From the IMG/VR virus record IMGVR_UViG_3300018080_000100: DNA of 64,000 nt; one strand, written 5' to 3'. Under the pieces are notes generated by a model. That model made no database searches and had not been told where the DNA came from. It worked only from the letters and a program-made list of their open reading frames with translations. This DNA is from a virus. Numbering within the stretch: the first letter of the stretch is position 1; each line of letters begins with the position of its first letter. This document shows, one piece after another, positions 53,908 to 63,477 of this stretch. The position numbers were made by a program, and so were the translations under genes.

Positions 53908-54281
53908 ACCTTCACCCGCTTTCCGAGGCGGATGTTGCGCGGTTGTCGCTCGCTGAAATCGAGCTGCTTGCGCTTGATCTGCGTGTTCTCCGGCGCGAAC
54001 TCGTCGACCGGTACCATATCCGTGAACTTGCTGGCGCGTGCTTCTTTGCAGTGCCTGCAGTCCCGCGGTTTCGGATTACCCTTACCATCCTTCTTCAAAA
54101 TAGCCCAGCCGCGACAATCGCAGCTCAGCACTCCATCGTTCCAAAGGATAGTCAGGTATTTCGTCAGGCCGTTGGAGCTCACTGACTCCTTGACCTTCTT
54201 CGGGCTTACGCCCCTGGAGCTGCTGCTCCCCGCAGGGAATTTCTTCCCCTTCTTGAACGTCCACTCCAGGTGTTCCGCCAT
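53904..54281 (-). CDS. hypothetical protein
   Basis: 125-aa ORF. Confidence 0.35.
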   Translation of the reverse strand: MAEHLEWTFKKGKKFPAGSSSSRGVSPKKVKESVSSNGLTKYLTILWNDGVLSCDCRGWAILKKDGKGNPKPRDCRHCKEARASKFTDMVPVDEFAPENTQIKRKQLDFSERQPRNIRLGKRVKV

Positions 54282-54314
54282 GGAGAATTTCCTCCAGATC
54301 TTTCCAACCGGGCA

Positions 54315-55466
54315 TCAGGCTGCCACTGGTTTCTTCGGTCTGTTGCGCAGCTTGATACCGCGGAAGCGTCGTACAGCGTTCGACGACTCTTCAGCGTCGG
54401 CAGCCTCGTTGCGCACGCCTTGCAGCCCAGCAGCCAAGGCAGCGCCGATTTCGGCGTCGCCGTTCAGCATCTGGGGCGTGACGTTGTCGAGGCGCTGTCG
54501 GCATTCGCGCATGGTCCTGAGCAGTTCAGGTCCGGCCAGGAACTCGAAGCCCTCGACCATCTCGAACGCCTCGCGGACCTGGTTGATCGTACCGTTGCGG
54601 ATGATACGATCTGGGTCCTTGAGCGCGGCCATGAGGTTGTCGGCGGCGTCCATGAGCACCTGACGCGGCTCGCGGGCCATGTCCTGCAGCATTTCCTGCG
54701 TGAACTTGTGCATCTGCTCGCGCGCCTCGTCGACCAGCTCATTGGCCTCGTCGTCGGTGATCTGACGCTCACGCTGCGCCTCGGACTCCTTGAAGTTCTT
54801 CAGGGCCGTCAGCGCGTTCTTGATCGCACGTGGCCGCGCCTGCTTCAAGTCGTCGAACTTCTGCGCAGAATCGTTGATAGCGCGCTCGATGTCGCGCATC
54901 TGTGTCTCGTTCAGATTGGTGCGCCCGCCAGCCGGTATGATAGCCCAGACGATACCGAACTTATCGGCAACCTCGTCGGAGTCCGGCAGCTTGCCTTGCA
55001 CCTTCTTGAACAAGTCCTCTTCCAGCTTCTCTTCAAGCGTGGCGAGGATGTCCTCGTAATCCGCGACAAACTCGTCGCGGCATTGCTCCATCTCTGCACG
55101 GAGCGCACGTAGGCCCTGGAAGATGTCCTTCGCCCGAGCGACTGGCAACACAGCCATGCCCCTCGCGGCGAATTGAATGGATGCGTGCGACAGCAAAGAG
55201 CGCGCACGTCCCTCGAGATTGCCCAGCCGCTTGCGCCATTCCGTGGGCATGAGCTGCCACTGCGGTTTGGTGCGAAACTCCTCGGCTATCTCCTTCTTCT
55301 CTTCCTCGGTCTTTCCGTTTCCTTCGACCTTGACCTCTACGATCGCGTCGGCGATCTTGTAGGACATCTTCGGCCAGGAAATGTGTAGCATCACCAGAAA
55401 TACGTGCCTGGTGATTGCGTCGAGCAGTTGCTCACCCTCAAGTGCCTGTTGATTCTCGTTTGGCAT
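54315..55466 (-). CDS. hypothetical protein
   Basis: 383-aa ORF. Confidence 0.4.
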   Translation of the reverse strand: MPNENQQALEGEQLLDAITRHVFLVMLHISWPKMSYKIADAIVEVKVEGNGKTEEEKKEIAEEFRTKPQWQLMPTEWRKRLGNLEGRARSLLSHASIQFAARGMAVLPVARAKDIFQGLRALRAEMEQCRDEFVADYEDILATLEEKLEEDLFKKVQGKLPDSDEVADKFGIVWAIIPAGGRTNLNETQMRDIERAINDSAQKFDDLKQARPRAIKNALTALKNFKESEAQRERQITDDEANELVDEAREQMHKFTQEMLQDMAREPRQVLMDAADNLMAALKDPDRIIRNGTINQVREAFEMVEGFEFLAGPELLRTMRECRQRLDNVTPQMLNGDAEIGAALAAGLQGVRNEAADAEESSNAVRRFRGIKLRNRPKKPVAA

Positions 55467-55764
55467 TGTCTCTCAATCTGATCAAACGTGGGTTACGTTC
55501 ATCTGCGGCTGGTGGTTCAGGAACGTCGAACACCATCTGCGCAAACTCTTCCGGGGAGCACTTTACGTGTTTGACGCCGTCGTCAAGCAACAATATCTCA
55601 GTCCCCGACCACTGGTATTCTGTGTCCCAGTGATACGTGATCGCTTGGAAGCGCACAACGCAAGCAGGGTTGATCCAGATACGTTCTGTATCATGTGCTG
55701 CCACGTTGCGGCGCAAATGCGCGCTCGTCGTTACCTCAATCTCGACTATGTGCTGCACGGGCAT
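55438..55764 (-). CDS. hypothetical protein (tandem paralog A)
   Basis: 108 aa; C-terminus RNPRLIRLRDNAKRE shared with the neighbouring paralog. Confidence 0.4.
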   Translation of the reverse strand: MPVQHIVEIEVTTSAHLRRNVAAHDTERIWINPACVVRFQAITYHWDTEYQWSGTEILLLDDGVKHVKCSPEEFAQMVFDVPEPPAADERNPRLIRLRDNAKRESTGT

Positions 55765-56050
55765 TGTCTCTCAATCTGATCAGCCGCGGCTTACGGTTAT
55801 CGACGGGCGGCGTTGGCGGATCCGCATACAGCCGCTCCACAAAGACGTAAGGGGTTTCGTTCGTGTACACGTCGCCGAAATCCTTGGTGACGATCTTCGT
55901 GCCTTCCCAGCGGAAACGCGTACCCGCATTGAACTCAGCTGCGCCGACCACAATGATCTGCTCGATGTTGAGCCATAGCGCGTAATGCTTACGCTGGACC
56001 GCCTTCTCGTCCGGATTCCCAACAGCCACTACTTCGATTAGGCTAATCAC
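55736..56050 (-). CDS. hypothetical protein (tandem paralog B)
   Basis: 104 aa; C-terminus RKPRLIRLRDNARAA; the same 22-nt upstream DNA motif as paralog A. Confidence 0.4.
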   Translation of the reverse strand: MISLIEVVAVGNPDEKAVQRKHYALWLNIEQIIVVGAAEFNAGTRFRWEGTKIVTKDFGDVYTNETPYVFVERLYADPPTPPVDNRKPRLIRLRDNARAAHSRD

Positions 56051-56403
56051 GGCTTCGCTTCAGCCAGCGGTAGGTTATGTCTCTTCAGCCAGGCAATCTC
56101 AGCATTGATCGCGGCTTTGTACTCGGCAAACGGACCTAAGACTGGCCCGCCGACAGGAGACAGATCAGCCCAGAACAGGTTCGGATCGATAGGGTCGAGG
56201 CAGTCCAAGACCCATCGCCGTTGTTCCTGTATCCGGGCGCGCGCCTCCTCAGATAAATCGGCCCAGCTCTCCACGTGCGACGCGCGCCTCGTGGAGAGCT
56301 TAGGACCGATGGAGGTACCGTATCTCTCAGAATCTGGGTCTACCAGATGGCGAGATGTACCGTTAGGTTCGACGACGATCTCGACGGTTCTACCCGCCAC
56401 AGC
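56047..56403 (-). CDS. second DUF2997-like repeat fused to a C-terminal helical domain (frame-shifted relative to the upstream DUF2997 ORF)
   Basis: No ATG is available; possible GTG start or +1 continuation of 56390..56611; contains VEIVVEPNGT, mirroring IEVIVDPKGV of the upstream ORF. Confidence 0.25.
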   Translation of the reverse strand, partial: AVAGRTVEIVVEPNGTSRHLVDPDSERYGTSIGPKLSTRRASHVESWADLSEEARARIQEQRRWVLDCLDPIDPNLFWADLSPVGGPVLGPFAEYKAAINAEIAWLKRHNLPLAEAKP

Positions 56404-56611
56404 CGCCACCGCCCTGTTGTGATTTGATTTCGACCTCGTGCGGGTCTTCATACGCGTCAGCGGTAGCCTCTGTCTCCAGGACTTCACCAAAACGCGCCTC
56501 GTAACCGGCGGTTGCAAGTCTGCAAGCGCCGCCCTGGAGCCCGAAGGTAGTCGTCTTGGTGACGCCCTTGGGGTCCACAATAACCTCGATACGTGGTCCG
56601 TCAGCGGACAT
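56390..56611 (-). CDS. DUF2997-family protein
   Basis: 73 aa; AGGAGA upstream; RIEVIVDPKGVTKTTTFGLQGGACRLATAGYEARFGEVLETEATADAYE matches the DUF2997 pattern. Confidence 0.5.
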   Translation of the reverse strand: MSADGPRIEVIVDPKGVTKTTTFGLQGGACRLATAGYEARFGEVLETEATADAYEDPHEVEIKSQQGGGGCGG

Positions 56612-56653
56612 ATGATCTCCTAATTTTGATCAGGTGAACAAGATTGGCCAGTC

Positions 56654-57064
56654 CTAGACGGAGTAGCCGCCCTCGCTCGCGCCGCCGTCTTCGGTCTCGT
56701 AGCCACCGCCGCCGAGCGGGATGGTGCACTTGATCGAACCGTCGGACAGTCTCTGCTCTTCAAACTCATGGCCTTCAACTTCGGCCTGAGCCTTCGTCGC
56801 TTCGACAGCGTAGCCCTGCTTGAGCGAGTCAAGCTCGGACTCCTTGCCCCAGCGGCCGCCGTAGTTGTCGAACACGCATTCGCCGGTGTTCGTATCGATC
56901 GTGACCGGGTTTTGCCAGTCTTTCAGCTGCACCTGATGACCGCCCATAGAGGCGCCACGTGCTTTCTGCACACGGCCCAGGTACTTAGCGCCGATACGTT
57001 CACAAGCCTTCTTGAGCGTTGCGACGTCCTTGATAGCGGACTTTCTGCGAGTGATATGGCTCAC
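56654..57064 (-). CDS. DUF1257-family protein
   Basis: 136 aa; N-terminus MSHITRRKSAIKDVATLKKACERIGAKY matches the DUF1257 consensus MSHFSTIKTQIKD…L.KAL.DLG. Confidence 0.55.
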   Translation of the reverse strand: MSHITRRKSAIKDVATLKKACERIGAKYLGRVQKARGASMGGHQVQLKDWQNPVTIDTNTGECVFDNYGGRWGKESELDSLKQGYAVEATKAQAEVEGHEFEEQRLSDGSIKCTIPLGGGGYETEDGGASEGGYSV

Positions 57065-57073
57065 AGTGATCTC

Positions 57074-58780
57074 CTAGTTAAGTTCGGGTTGCGCGGCGGC
57101 TGCGGCTCTTGTTGTCGAGACCTTGCGGCTGGCGCGCGAACGTGTGGTGTCCTGCACTTTCTCGCCGTTTACCGGCTCCGTCTTATCTTGGCAGAACTTG
57201 CGGATCGCTGCAATGTCCTCAGCGTTGAGCCGGGCAACCGGGGTGATACCCTTGGCGGCTACCAACAGCTCGTCGATGGTCGGACGTACGGCATCAGCGT
57301 CTGGCATCTTGCCTTTCTTGCTGCCACCTGCTTCCCAGGTCGTCATCCGGTCGTCGTAGGCATTGCTACGCGCGGCGATGATGATTTCCTCCAGTTCGGC
57401 GCCAGTGAACTCGTCGGTCTTGTTGACCACGCGGCTCAGCGTCTTTTGATAGACGGCTGGATCGATCCCGCGCTTGTTCAGATGAATCTGCAGGATCTCC
57501 AGGCGCTCGTCCTTATCCGGCAGATCGGTGGACCAAACGCAGTCGAAGCGGCCGGCGCGCAGAAGCTCACCAGGTACGCCCGTCGTGCGGTTCATCGTCA
57601 CCATGACGAATACACGGTTGTCGGAGTCGACGCCCATGTCCCGCTCGGATAGCCAGTTCAGGAAGTAGCTCAGCACGCGCGAGGCCACACCGCTGTCTGC
57701 GGCCTGATTCTCATGCGCACCACCGAACGCCTTGTCGATCTCGTCGACCATGAGCAAGGCGTTGGGCATGGCGGCTACCATCTGGAGCGCTGTCCTGATC
57801 TTGGCCTCGGAACCGCCGACGTACTTGTCGAACATAGATCCGATGTCCATAAGCACCAGGTCCAGCCCCATCAGCTTGGCTGCTGCCTTGGCTACGAGCG
57901 TCTTGCCGGTACCAGGCGGACCGATTAGCACCGAGCCGCGAGGCTTCTCCATGTTGAGCGATTCGGCGTGCCTGGTGTAGGCACGACTACGACAGCGCAG
58001 CCACTCCAAGAAGTTCTTGAAGCCGCCGATGACGCCCTTGCCGGGGATCGAGGCGTTGGGGATGTAGGTCAGCCCCTCCACCTTGCGGATGACCTTCGCC
58101 TTCTCTGCGGCGATGATATCCATGATCTCGTCGGTGATGCCGCCGCAGGTCGCGATGGCGTAGGCAAAGATACGCTGCGCTTCTTCGGCAGTACAGCCGA
58201 GCAGCGAACGTGTGATCTTCTCTTCCATGTCCTCGTCGCACGCAGCGCCCTTCGACCCCTTGTTGCCCTTCTGGACAGAGTCGAGGATGAAGTCCACCAC
58301 GTCGGCCTTCATCTCGTCGTAGCGCGGCAGCTGGAAGTCGATGACGTCACAATACTCCGAGATATCGGGGTGCGGCGTCGGCGTAGTTGCGATGATCACG
58401 ATCGGGCGCGTGGTCTTGTCGTTGCTCAGCGCGTTGGAGATACAAAGCTCGGCCAACGTGCGCCGTAGCGCCAGATTACTCGGGCCACCGCCATTGAGAT
58501 ACGATCCAAGATCCTTCATTAAGACTAGGCCATGGCTGGCGATCTTGTCCCTGACGGACATCAGTGCCTTAACGGGGTCAGTAAGCTTGGCATCCCAGCT
58601 GGCGCCTGCAACGCAGTTCCAACTGTACCAGCGCAGATCGGTATCGCTCTGTTCGGTGTAAGCGTGGGCGATGCTCTTGAGCGTGCGTTCGGCACGGCCC
58701 TCATCGCCGGACAAGTACACCCAGATCACGCTGGACCCGGAGTCGATCTTGTCCATAAACGATTGTGTAAAGCTAGGCAT
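57074..58780 (-). CDS. AAA+ ATPase (classic AAA family)
   Basis: 568 aa; Walker A GPPGTGKT; Walker B LLMVDEID; SRH/arginine finger (…GRFD…); N-terminal uncharacterised domain. Confidence 0.65.
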   Translation of the reverse strand: MPSFTQSFMDKIDSGSSVIWVYLSGDEGRAERTLKSIAHAYTEQSDTDLRWYSWNCVAGASWDAKLTDPVKALMSVRDKIASHGLVLMKDLGSYLNGGGPSNLALRRTLAELCISNALSNDKTTRPIVIIATTPTPHPDISEYCDVIDFQLPRYDEMKADVVDFILDSVQKGNKGSKGAACDEDMEEKITRSLLGCTAEEAQRIFAYAIATCGGITDEIMDIIAAEKAKVIRKVEGLTYIPNASIPGKGVIGGFKNFLEWLRCRSRAYTRHAESLNMEKPRGSVLIGPPGTGKTLVAKAAAKLMGLDLVLMDIGSMFDKYVGGSEAKIRTALQMVAAMPNALLMVDEIDKAFGGAHENQAADSGVASRVLSYFLNWLSERDMGVDSDNRVFVMVTMNRTTGVPGELLRAGRFDCVWSTDLPDKDERLEILQIHLNKRGIDPAVYQKTLSRVVNKTDEFTGAELEEIIIAARSNAYDDRMTTWEAGGSKKGKMPDADAVRPTIDELLVAAKGITPVARLNAEDIAAIRKFCQDKTEPVNGEKVQDTTRSRASRKVSTTRAAAAAQPELN

Positions 58781-59981
58781 CCTCTGTCTTCTTTCTGAGT
58801 CGGATGAATCGTGCTAGCCTGTTTTCTGCACGCGGCAGCTTGTGCCGCTTCTTCGCCTTCTTCGCCGTATCGGCGTTGGCGATCTCGTTAAGGACGCGCT
58901 CCACGTCTTCCGGCGTTGTGCCGCGGAAGTCGTAGAACCGGTCCATGTAATTGACCGCGGTCTCGTAGTGGTTGCCTATGAGGATCTCGGTCAATGATCT
59001 ATCTTCCGACGCGTTGGTGGCGCTCCTGCGGCGCATGCCGAGGCGCACCAGCACTGCGTATTGCCAACCCTTGGTATGGCGCTCGTCTCGCACGGCTTGC
59101 TGTACGTTCTCGCAGACCTGCAAGATCTCGTCGAGTTCCGCGTCGCCGACATGCTCTAGGTCCCGGTTAGGTACCCAGACAGCCAGCTCTTTCAGCGTGT
59201 CGTGCAAATCGCCACCGGTGTGCGGCGTCGGCTCAGCGATCGCGTCGCTCAGCGTAGTCACAACCTCGTCGTAGTTGGTGCCGGTCGAGCTGGCGACGCG
59301 GTCGGCCCAGCTACGGAACGATCGCCGTATGGTATCGGTAGTCAGTGTAACGATGTCGCCGGTGGCCGCGCTCGCGATCTCTTGGAAGTGTGCTAACGCC
59401 CCCACATAGGCATCACGTTGAAGGACATCGGCTGCGTCGAGCGCCGCCATGTCGTCGTGTATTGCAAGCTGGGCCTCGGTGCATGCACGCACTACGCGCT
59501 GCGCCCTGGACAACACAGTCCACCCGTCAAGGTAGTTGCGCATGATACGATGCCAGCCAGGCTGCCGTACAAGTGGCGGCGTGTTGGTCTGGTACCAGAT
59601 GTCGTCAGGGAGATAGACATACACGTGCACTCGCTCGGTGCCGCCTCGCGCCTTAATACAAATCAGGCAGACGGTACCGGGACGGACAGCAGACTGCCCG
59701 TCTCTGATCTCCAGGTAATCCCCGGCGAACATGCGAATGTTGTGTGCGTTCTGGACCACACGATCTACGCGGCGTGCCCACTGTACAGCGGCGCCGCCCG
59801 GTATCTGGGTCCTGCGTGGGACTGAGTATGACGTAGGCGCACCTGCGTCGTCCTGTGCACCAAACAACCCGGACGGCAACGGTGGCTGTCCGGGTCGTGG
59901 TGTGCGCGCGCTAGCGTCGGGATGGGGCTGTGGCGGTCTGGACGAATAATCCCGACCGGTGCCCCGCCTCGCTATTGGCAT
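58773..59981 (-). CDS. hypothetical protein
   Basis: 402-aa ORF with a Pro-rich N-terminus. Confidence 0.4.
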   Translation of the reverse strand: MPIARRGTGRDYSSRPPQPHPDASARTPRPGQPPLPSGLFGAQDDAGAPTSYSVPRRTQIPGGAAVQWARRVDRVVQNAHNIRMFAGDYLEIRDGQSAVRPGTVCLICIKARGGTERVHVYVYLPDDIWYQTNTPPLVRQPGWHRIMRNYLDGWTVLSRAQRVVRACTEAQLAIHDDMAALDAADVLQRDAYVGALAHFQEIASAATGDIVTLTTDTIRRSFRSWADRVASSTGTNYDEVVTTLSDAIAEPTPHTGGDLHDTLKELAVWVPNRDLEHVGDAELDEILQVCENVQQAVRDERHTKGWQYAVLVRLGMRRRSATNASEDRSLTEILIGNHYETAVNYMDRFYDFRGTTPEDVERVLNEIANADTAKKAKKRHKLPRAENRLARFIRLRKKTEDA

Positions 59982-60694
59982 TAGACTGGTTTGAGCTCGT
60001 CGCTCTTTTCCTCCGTGCGTTTGAGCGCCGCCAGCATGTTCTTGACCGAATCCTTGGCGTCGCCGACCTGCAACGGTGTCTCGTCAAGCAGGGTGAGGAT
60101 CGTCCGCAGACGTGCCTTCACCATCTGGTTGATCTCTTCCGTCTTGGCCGCCTCGACGTCGTAGATGGCCGCGAACATCTGCGGGTCATCAGAGAACGTG
60201 TTCTGTACCTCCGCCCACACATCCTTGGGCAGGATGCCGAGCTGGAGCACGTCGGGTGGGCGCATAATGCCCTCGTCCTTGAGAGCGAACCCGATGTACT
60301 CCACGATCTTGTGGTCGAAAGGCTCTTCGTCTTGTGGGTCCGGTGGCCAAAGCAGAAGGGCCTCCGTGATACCCCAAGCTACTTCACCGGCGTCGGCCGG
60401 ATCCCAGGTCTCGAGATCCAGCGTGCCGTTGTACAACGTATTGCAGAGACGGACAAACGTGGGCAGGTCTCTGTAGAACCCGTCACTTGTCACTATCTCC
60501 ACGGCGGCCATAAGTCTGTTCAAAGAGGCGGGAGGCAGCTTGGCTCCGGCCATCTCCTCCAGCTCCATCCTTACCGTCGCCGGGTCCCACGTAAGTAGTT
60601 CCTCGCTCAAAAGGTCTACGGCCAGGACTAGGAGTACGGTTGCGGGGGTGTTCCCGTCCAGGATTATTTCTTTGACTTTGGGCGTTAGCGCCAT
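59981..60694 (-). CDS. hypothetical protein
   Basis: Start refined to MALTPKVKEIILDGNT… (GGGAGG upstream); overlaps the next ORF by ~210 nt, so one of the two is mis-called or frame-shifted. Confidence 0.35.
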   Translation of the reverse strand: MALTPKVKEIILDGNTPATVLLVLAVDLLSEELLTWDPATVRMELEEMAGAKLPPASLNRLMAAVEIVTSDGFYRDLPTFVRLCNTLYNGTLDLETWDPADAGEVAWGITEALLLWPPDPQDEEPFDHKIVEYIGFALKDEGIMRPPDVLQLGILPKDVWAEVQNTFSDDPQMFAAIYDVEAAKTEEINQMVKARLRTILTLLDETPLQVGDAKDSVKNMLAALKRTEEKSDELKPV

Positions 60695-61115
60695 CTTTGG
60701 CCTCCCGTTGTACGCGCAGCCATGCAAGCTGCACCGGTATCGCCAGATTGTACGAGACACCCTCAAAGGTCAGCGGACTGCCGTCGACCATCTGGCATTG
60801 CTGCAGGTCGTAGTAATCCGTTTCTCCTGCAATTTGCACCAGTTTGCGGTCGGCAATGGCCAAGATCTGGGGCGTCAGCTCTTCCTTGATAACGAGCTGG
60901 CGTTCCCAATATTCGGCACGCTCTAGTAACTGCTTGGAGAACAGCTGGATCACAACCATCATACCATCACCCGATATGATACCGCGAGGCACGATGGCGC
61001 TGTAGCTCCAAATTACGGCTGCGCGGGAGAATGGGATCTCCATCTTCGGGTTGAGGCCGCCTACCGGCACCCCGTCCCCGCGCAACGAGTTCAGAATTGA
61101 TTGCACTGCCAGCAT
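60483..61115 (-). CDS. hypothetical protein (3' portion low-complexity; possible frameshift)
   Basis: Start tentatively placed at an internal ATG; the C-terminal ~60 aa are Gly/Arg/Pro low-complexity read-through. Confidence 0.25.
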   Translation of the reverse strand: MLAVQSILNSLRGDGVPVGGLNPKMEIPFSRAAVIWSYSAIVPRGIISGDGMMVVIQLFSKQLLERAEYWERQLVIKEELTPQILAIADRKLVQIAGETDYYDLQQCQMVDGSPLTFEGVSYNLAIPVQLAWLRVQREAKDGANAQSQRNNPGREHPRNRTPSPGRRPFERGTTYVGPGDGKDGAGGDGRSQAASRLFEQTYGRRGDSDK

Positions 61116-61168
61116 CCGCTGACGAATGTACGGATCGGCAGCGACGACCTGTTCTAACGTAAGCGCCA

Positions 61169-61456
61169 CTAGAATCTCTGCGCAAACATGAACTCTGTGC
61201 GGAAGCCCTGCACCGGCACGGTCTGGTCCAGCGCCGCAGCGCCTTCCAACATCTCGCCGTCCTCGCCGAGCGGACCTGTGACCGGCTGATCGCACATACC
61301 GCCTGCGCCGAATCCGGCCGCGGCTGCCGCGTCGCGCGCTAGCGTTCGCGCCTCTGCGCTGTCCACGTCACCGCGTGTGGCTCCGTCGACGACGATCTTG
61401 AGCTTATCGACCCCGCCACCGCTTACGATACCGCTTCTTTCCTCATTAACCTGCAT
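61169..61456 (-). CDS. Gly/Ala-rich small protein
   Basis: Start refined to MQVNEERSG… (GAAGGAG upstream); 95 aa. Confidence 0.35.
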   Translation of the reverse strand: MQVNEERSGIVSGGGVDKLKIVVDGATRGDVDSAEARTLARDAAAAAGFGAGGMCDQPVTGPLGEDGEMLEGAAALDQTVPVQGFRTEFMFAQRF

Positions 61457-61653
61457 GAAAATGCTCCTTCGACCTACTGGGTGCGCTCCTGGACCATCCA
61501 GGGCGGCTACGACAGTATGCCGACTGTTGGGTGAATTTTCAATAGGTAAGAAAAGGGAGGCCCACTGGCCCACCCTTCTCATTCCCCTTATTCGCTGAAG
61601 ATCTGATGGTAGAAGTATGGTTAATACCAAGCTCTGACCATTAGATCCTCAGC

Positions 61654-62526
61654 TTAGGTTACGGCTGCCTCCTGGGCGGCCACGGCATACGCGGTTTCCG
61701 CGTCATCGCGTATGTCTACAGGCTTCTTGCCCTTGGGGGCTGCACGACGACCGTTGTAGTCCGCTTTCATCAAGCCCTCGCACTGGTTGTCGCCAGCGCA
61801 GACCTTGATAGGCACGAACTTGCCATGCTCTCTGGTGATTTCCATGTGCACCAGGCGCCGGTCCTCGTTCCGATGTGTGCAGTGTTCCCATTCACAGCGC
61901 CCTCGAGAATCGAAGGCACGTGATTCCTGTGCTGGTTTCTTTTGACGGGGCTGCTGCGGTATGGCCTTGGCGATGATAGCCTTCAGGGCCACCAGTTGGT
62001 GGTCCAGCGTATCTTGCGCCGCTGTAGCCAGTGCAGCATTCCGCTCGCGCTCGTCAGCCAGCTGCTGTCGAACTTCCGCCAATTCGTCTTTGAGCGACGC
62101 TTCCGACGCGGTCAGGCGCTCCACACGTGCCAGCAATTTTGCTGCGTCCGTGTCGACGTCCTGATGCAGATCGAGAATACGAGCGACTGCGCCTTGCACG
62201 AGAGTGCCGCGCTTGCGCAGTTTGATCTCGTCCTCCTCGTACTCGTCGAGCATTCGCTCGAGCTTGGTAGCCGCATCGCCGCGCATGGTGACTTCTAGAT
62301 CTACCATCTTATCGGCGTTATGCGGGTGGGCTGCTCGTGCTGGGATTTTCAGCAAGAGCGGCTTCCAATCGTATGCCCAGCGACAGACGTACGCCATCCA
62401 AACGGCGATGCCTACACTGGTCATGGTACACGCACGGACGTTGGCGTTGCCAACGAAGTACATGGCTGCGACCATTGCGATGATGGCCGCTCCGGCGATT
62501 GCCGGATAAAGGTAACGCTGGTACAT
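61654..62526 (-). CDS. membrane-anchored coiled-coil protein with C-terminal Cys/His cluster
   Basis: 290 aa; two N-terminal TM helices, a central coiled coil, and C…H…C…C at the C-terminus. Confidence 0.4.
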   Translation of the reverse strand: MYQRYLYPAIAGAAIIAMVAAMYFVGNANVRACTMTSVGIAVWMAYVCRWAYDWKPLLLKIPARAAHPHNADKMVDLEVTMRGDAATKLERMLDEYEEDEIKLRKRGTLVQGAVARILDLHQDVDTDAAKLLARVERLTASEASLKDELAEVRQQLADERERNAALATAAQDTLDHQLVALKAIIAKAIPQQPRQKKPAQESRAFDSRGRCEWEHCTHRNEDRRLVHMEITREHGKFVPIKVCAGDNQCEGLMKADYNGRRAAPKGKKPVDIRDDAETAYAVAAQEAAVT

Positions 62527-62805
62527 GGACTTACCTCCTTATGTACCTAACCCGTTGAACCCAGCCGCCAGTTACATCCGGCGACTTCCTGCAGCAAAAA
62601 TGAGAGACGCCGCCACCCTGTCAGAGTCGTAATGCTCTAAGGCAACCTACCTCGCATCTCTGCGACGTTGGCTATTGGACGATGCGTCATGGCGGCATCT
62701 CTCGTAGTCACGGCCCTTGCTGAAGAGGCCGCAAATGGAGTGCAAAAGAAAACGGCAGCGCCCGAAGTGGACGCTGCCGCTCGAAAGAAACTTTCCCCAT
62801 CACTC

Positions 62806-62936
62806 GGGAGAGGACTCGCCTGGATTCGAACCAGGGACCACTGGATTAAATTCGATAACGCTTACCGCTCGGCCCTGTAAGGCGTGGGTAGTTGATAAAC
62901 GAGTCTTCCGGTGCTCTTCCAACTGAGCTACGAGTC
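62806..62936 (-). other. tRNA-like gene with a ~60-nt insertion in the anticodon region
   Basis: Perfect acceptor GGACTCG/CGAGTCC, D-arm GCTC-AGTTGGAA-GAGC and T-arm CCTGG-TTCGAAT-CCAGG; the middle holds a long insert enclosed by CACCGGA/TCCAGTG pairing. Confidence 0.4.
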
Positions 62937-63016
62937 CTTAAAAGTGGGCGTGTTTGTAGCGGTCGAGGGAGCGATTGCCCTAAACAATAACCCTCTGTTG
63001 CAATCCGGCCCACAAG

Positions 63017-63140
63017 CTGGGGAGGTAGGAATCGAACCTACGCCTCGCGTTTTCAAGACGGTAACGCATTCCGTCCGGCCCTAAAAGGGCGTGTAATTGG
63101 CATGCGCGTTTTCACGTGCTTCCAGTTACACCACTCCCCA
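63017..63140 (-). other. tRNA-like gene with a ~50-nt insertion
   Basis: Acceptor TGGGGAG/CTCCCCA and T-arm GTAGG-TTCGATT-CCTAC; the insert is flanked by the direct repeat TGAAAACGCG and contains the ACACGCCC…TTTTAGGGCCGG motif. Confidence 0.35.
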
Positions 63141-63410
63141 ATTGACAACGCCAAGATCCTAAAGTAAGGGCGTGTGAATGACTGCGGATATTGGCGTTGT
63201 CATGGTACGATAATCCGCGGCCTCCGGCCCTAGTACGTTGGTTTCACTGAAAACGGGCGTGTTTGGTGTCTGTAGAGGGGTGGATTGGTTGTTGGTAATC
63301 AATAACCCTCAGTCGACGTCCGGCCCGAAGGGCCCGAGGCGGCGGTGAAACCGCCACGGGCATGTGGACAGTATAGCCCACGTGGCGGTCCTAGTACAAG
63401 GATGCCAAGG

Positions 63411-63477
63411 CGGGGCCGCTGGATTCGATCCTAGGATCACGTTCGCTGGTAAGAGCGTCTGCTTTCCACGGCCCCAA
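63411..63477 (-). other. minimal tRNA-like element
   Basis: GGGGCCG…CGGCCCC terminal pairing, an anticodon-like CGCT-CTTACCA-AGCG hairpin and a GGATCGAATCC T-loop-like motif; no clear D-arm. Confidence 0.25.
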
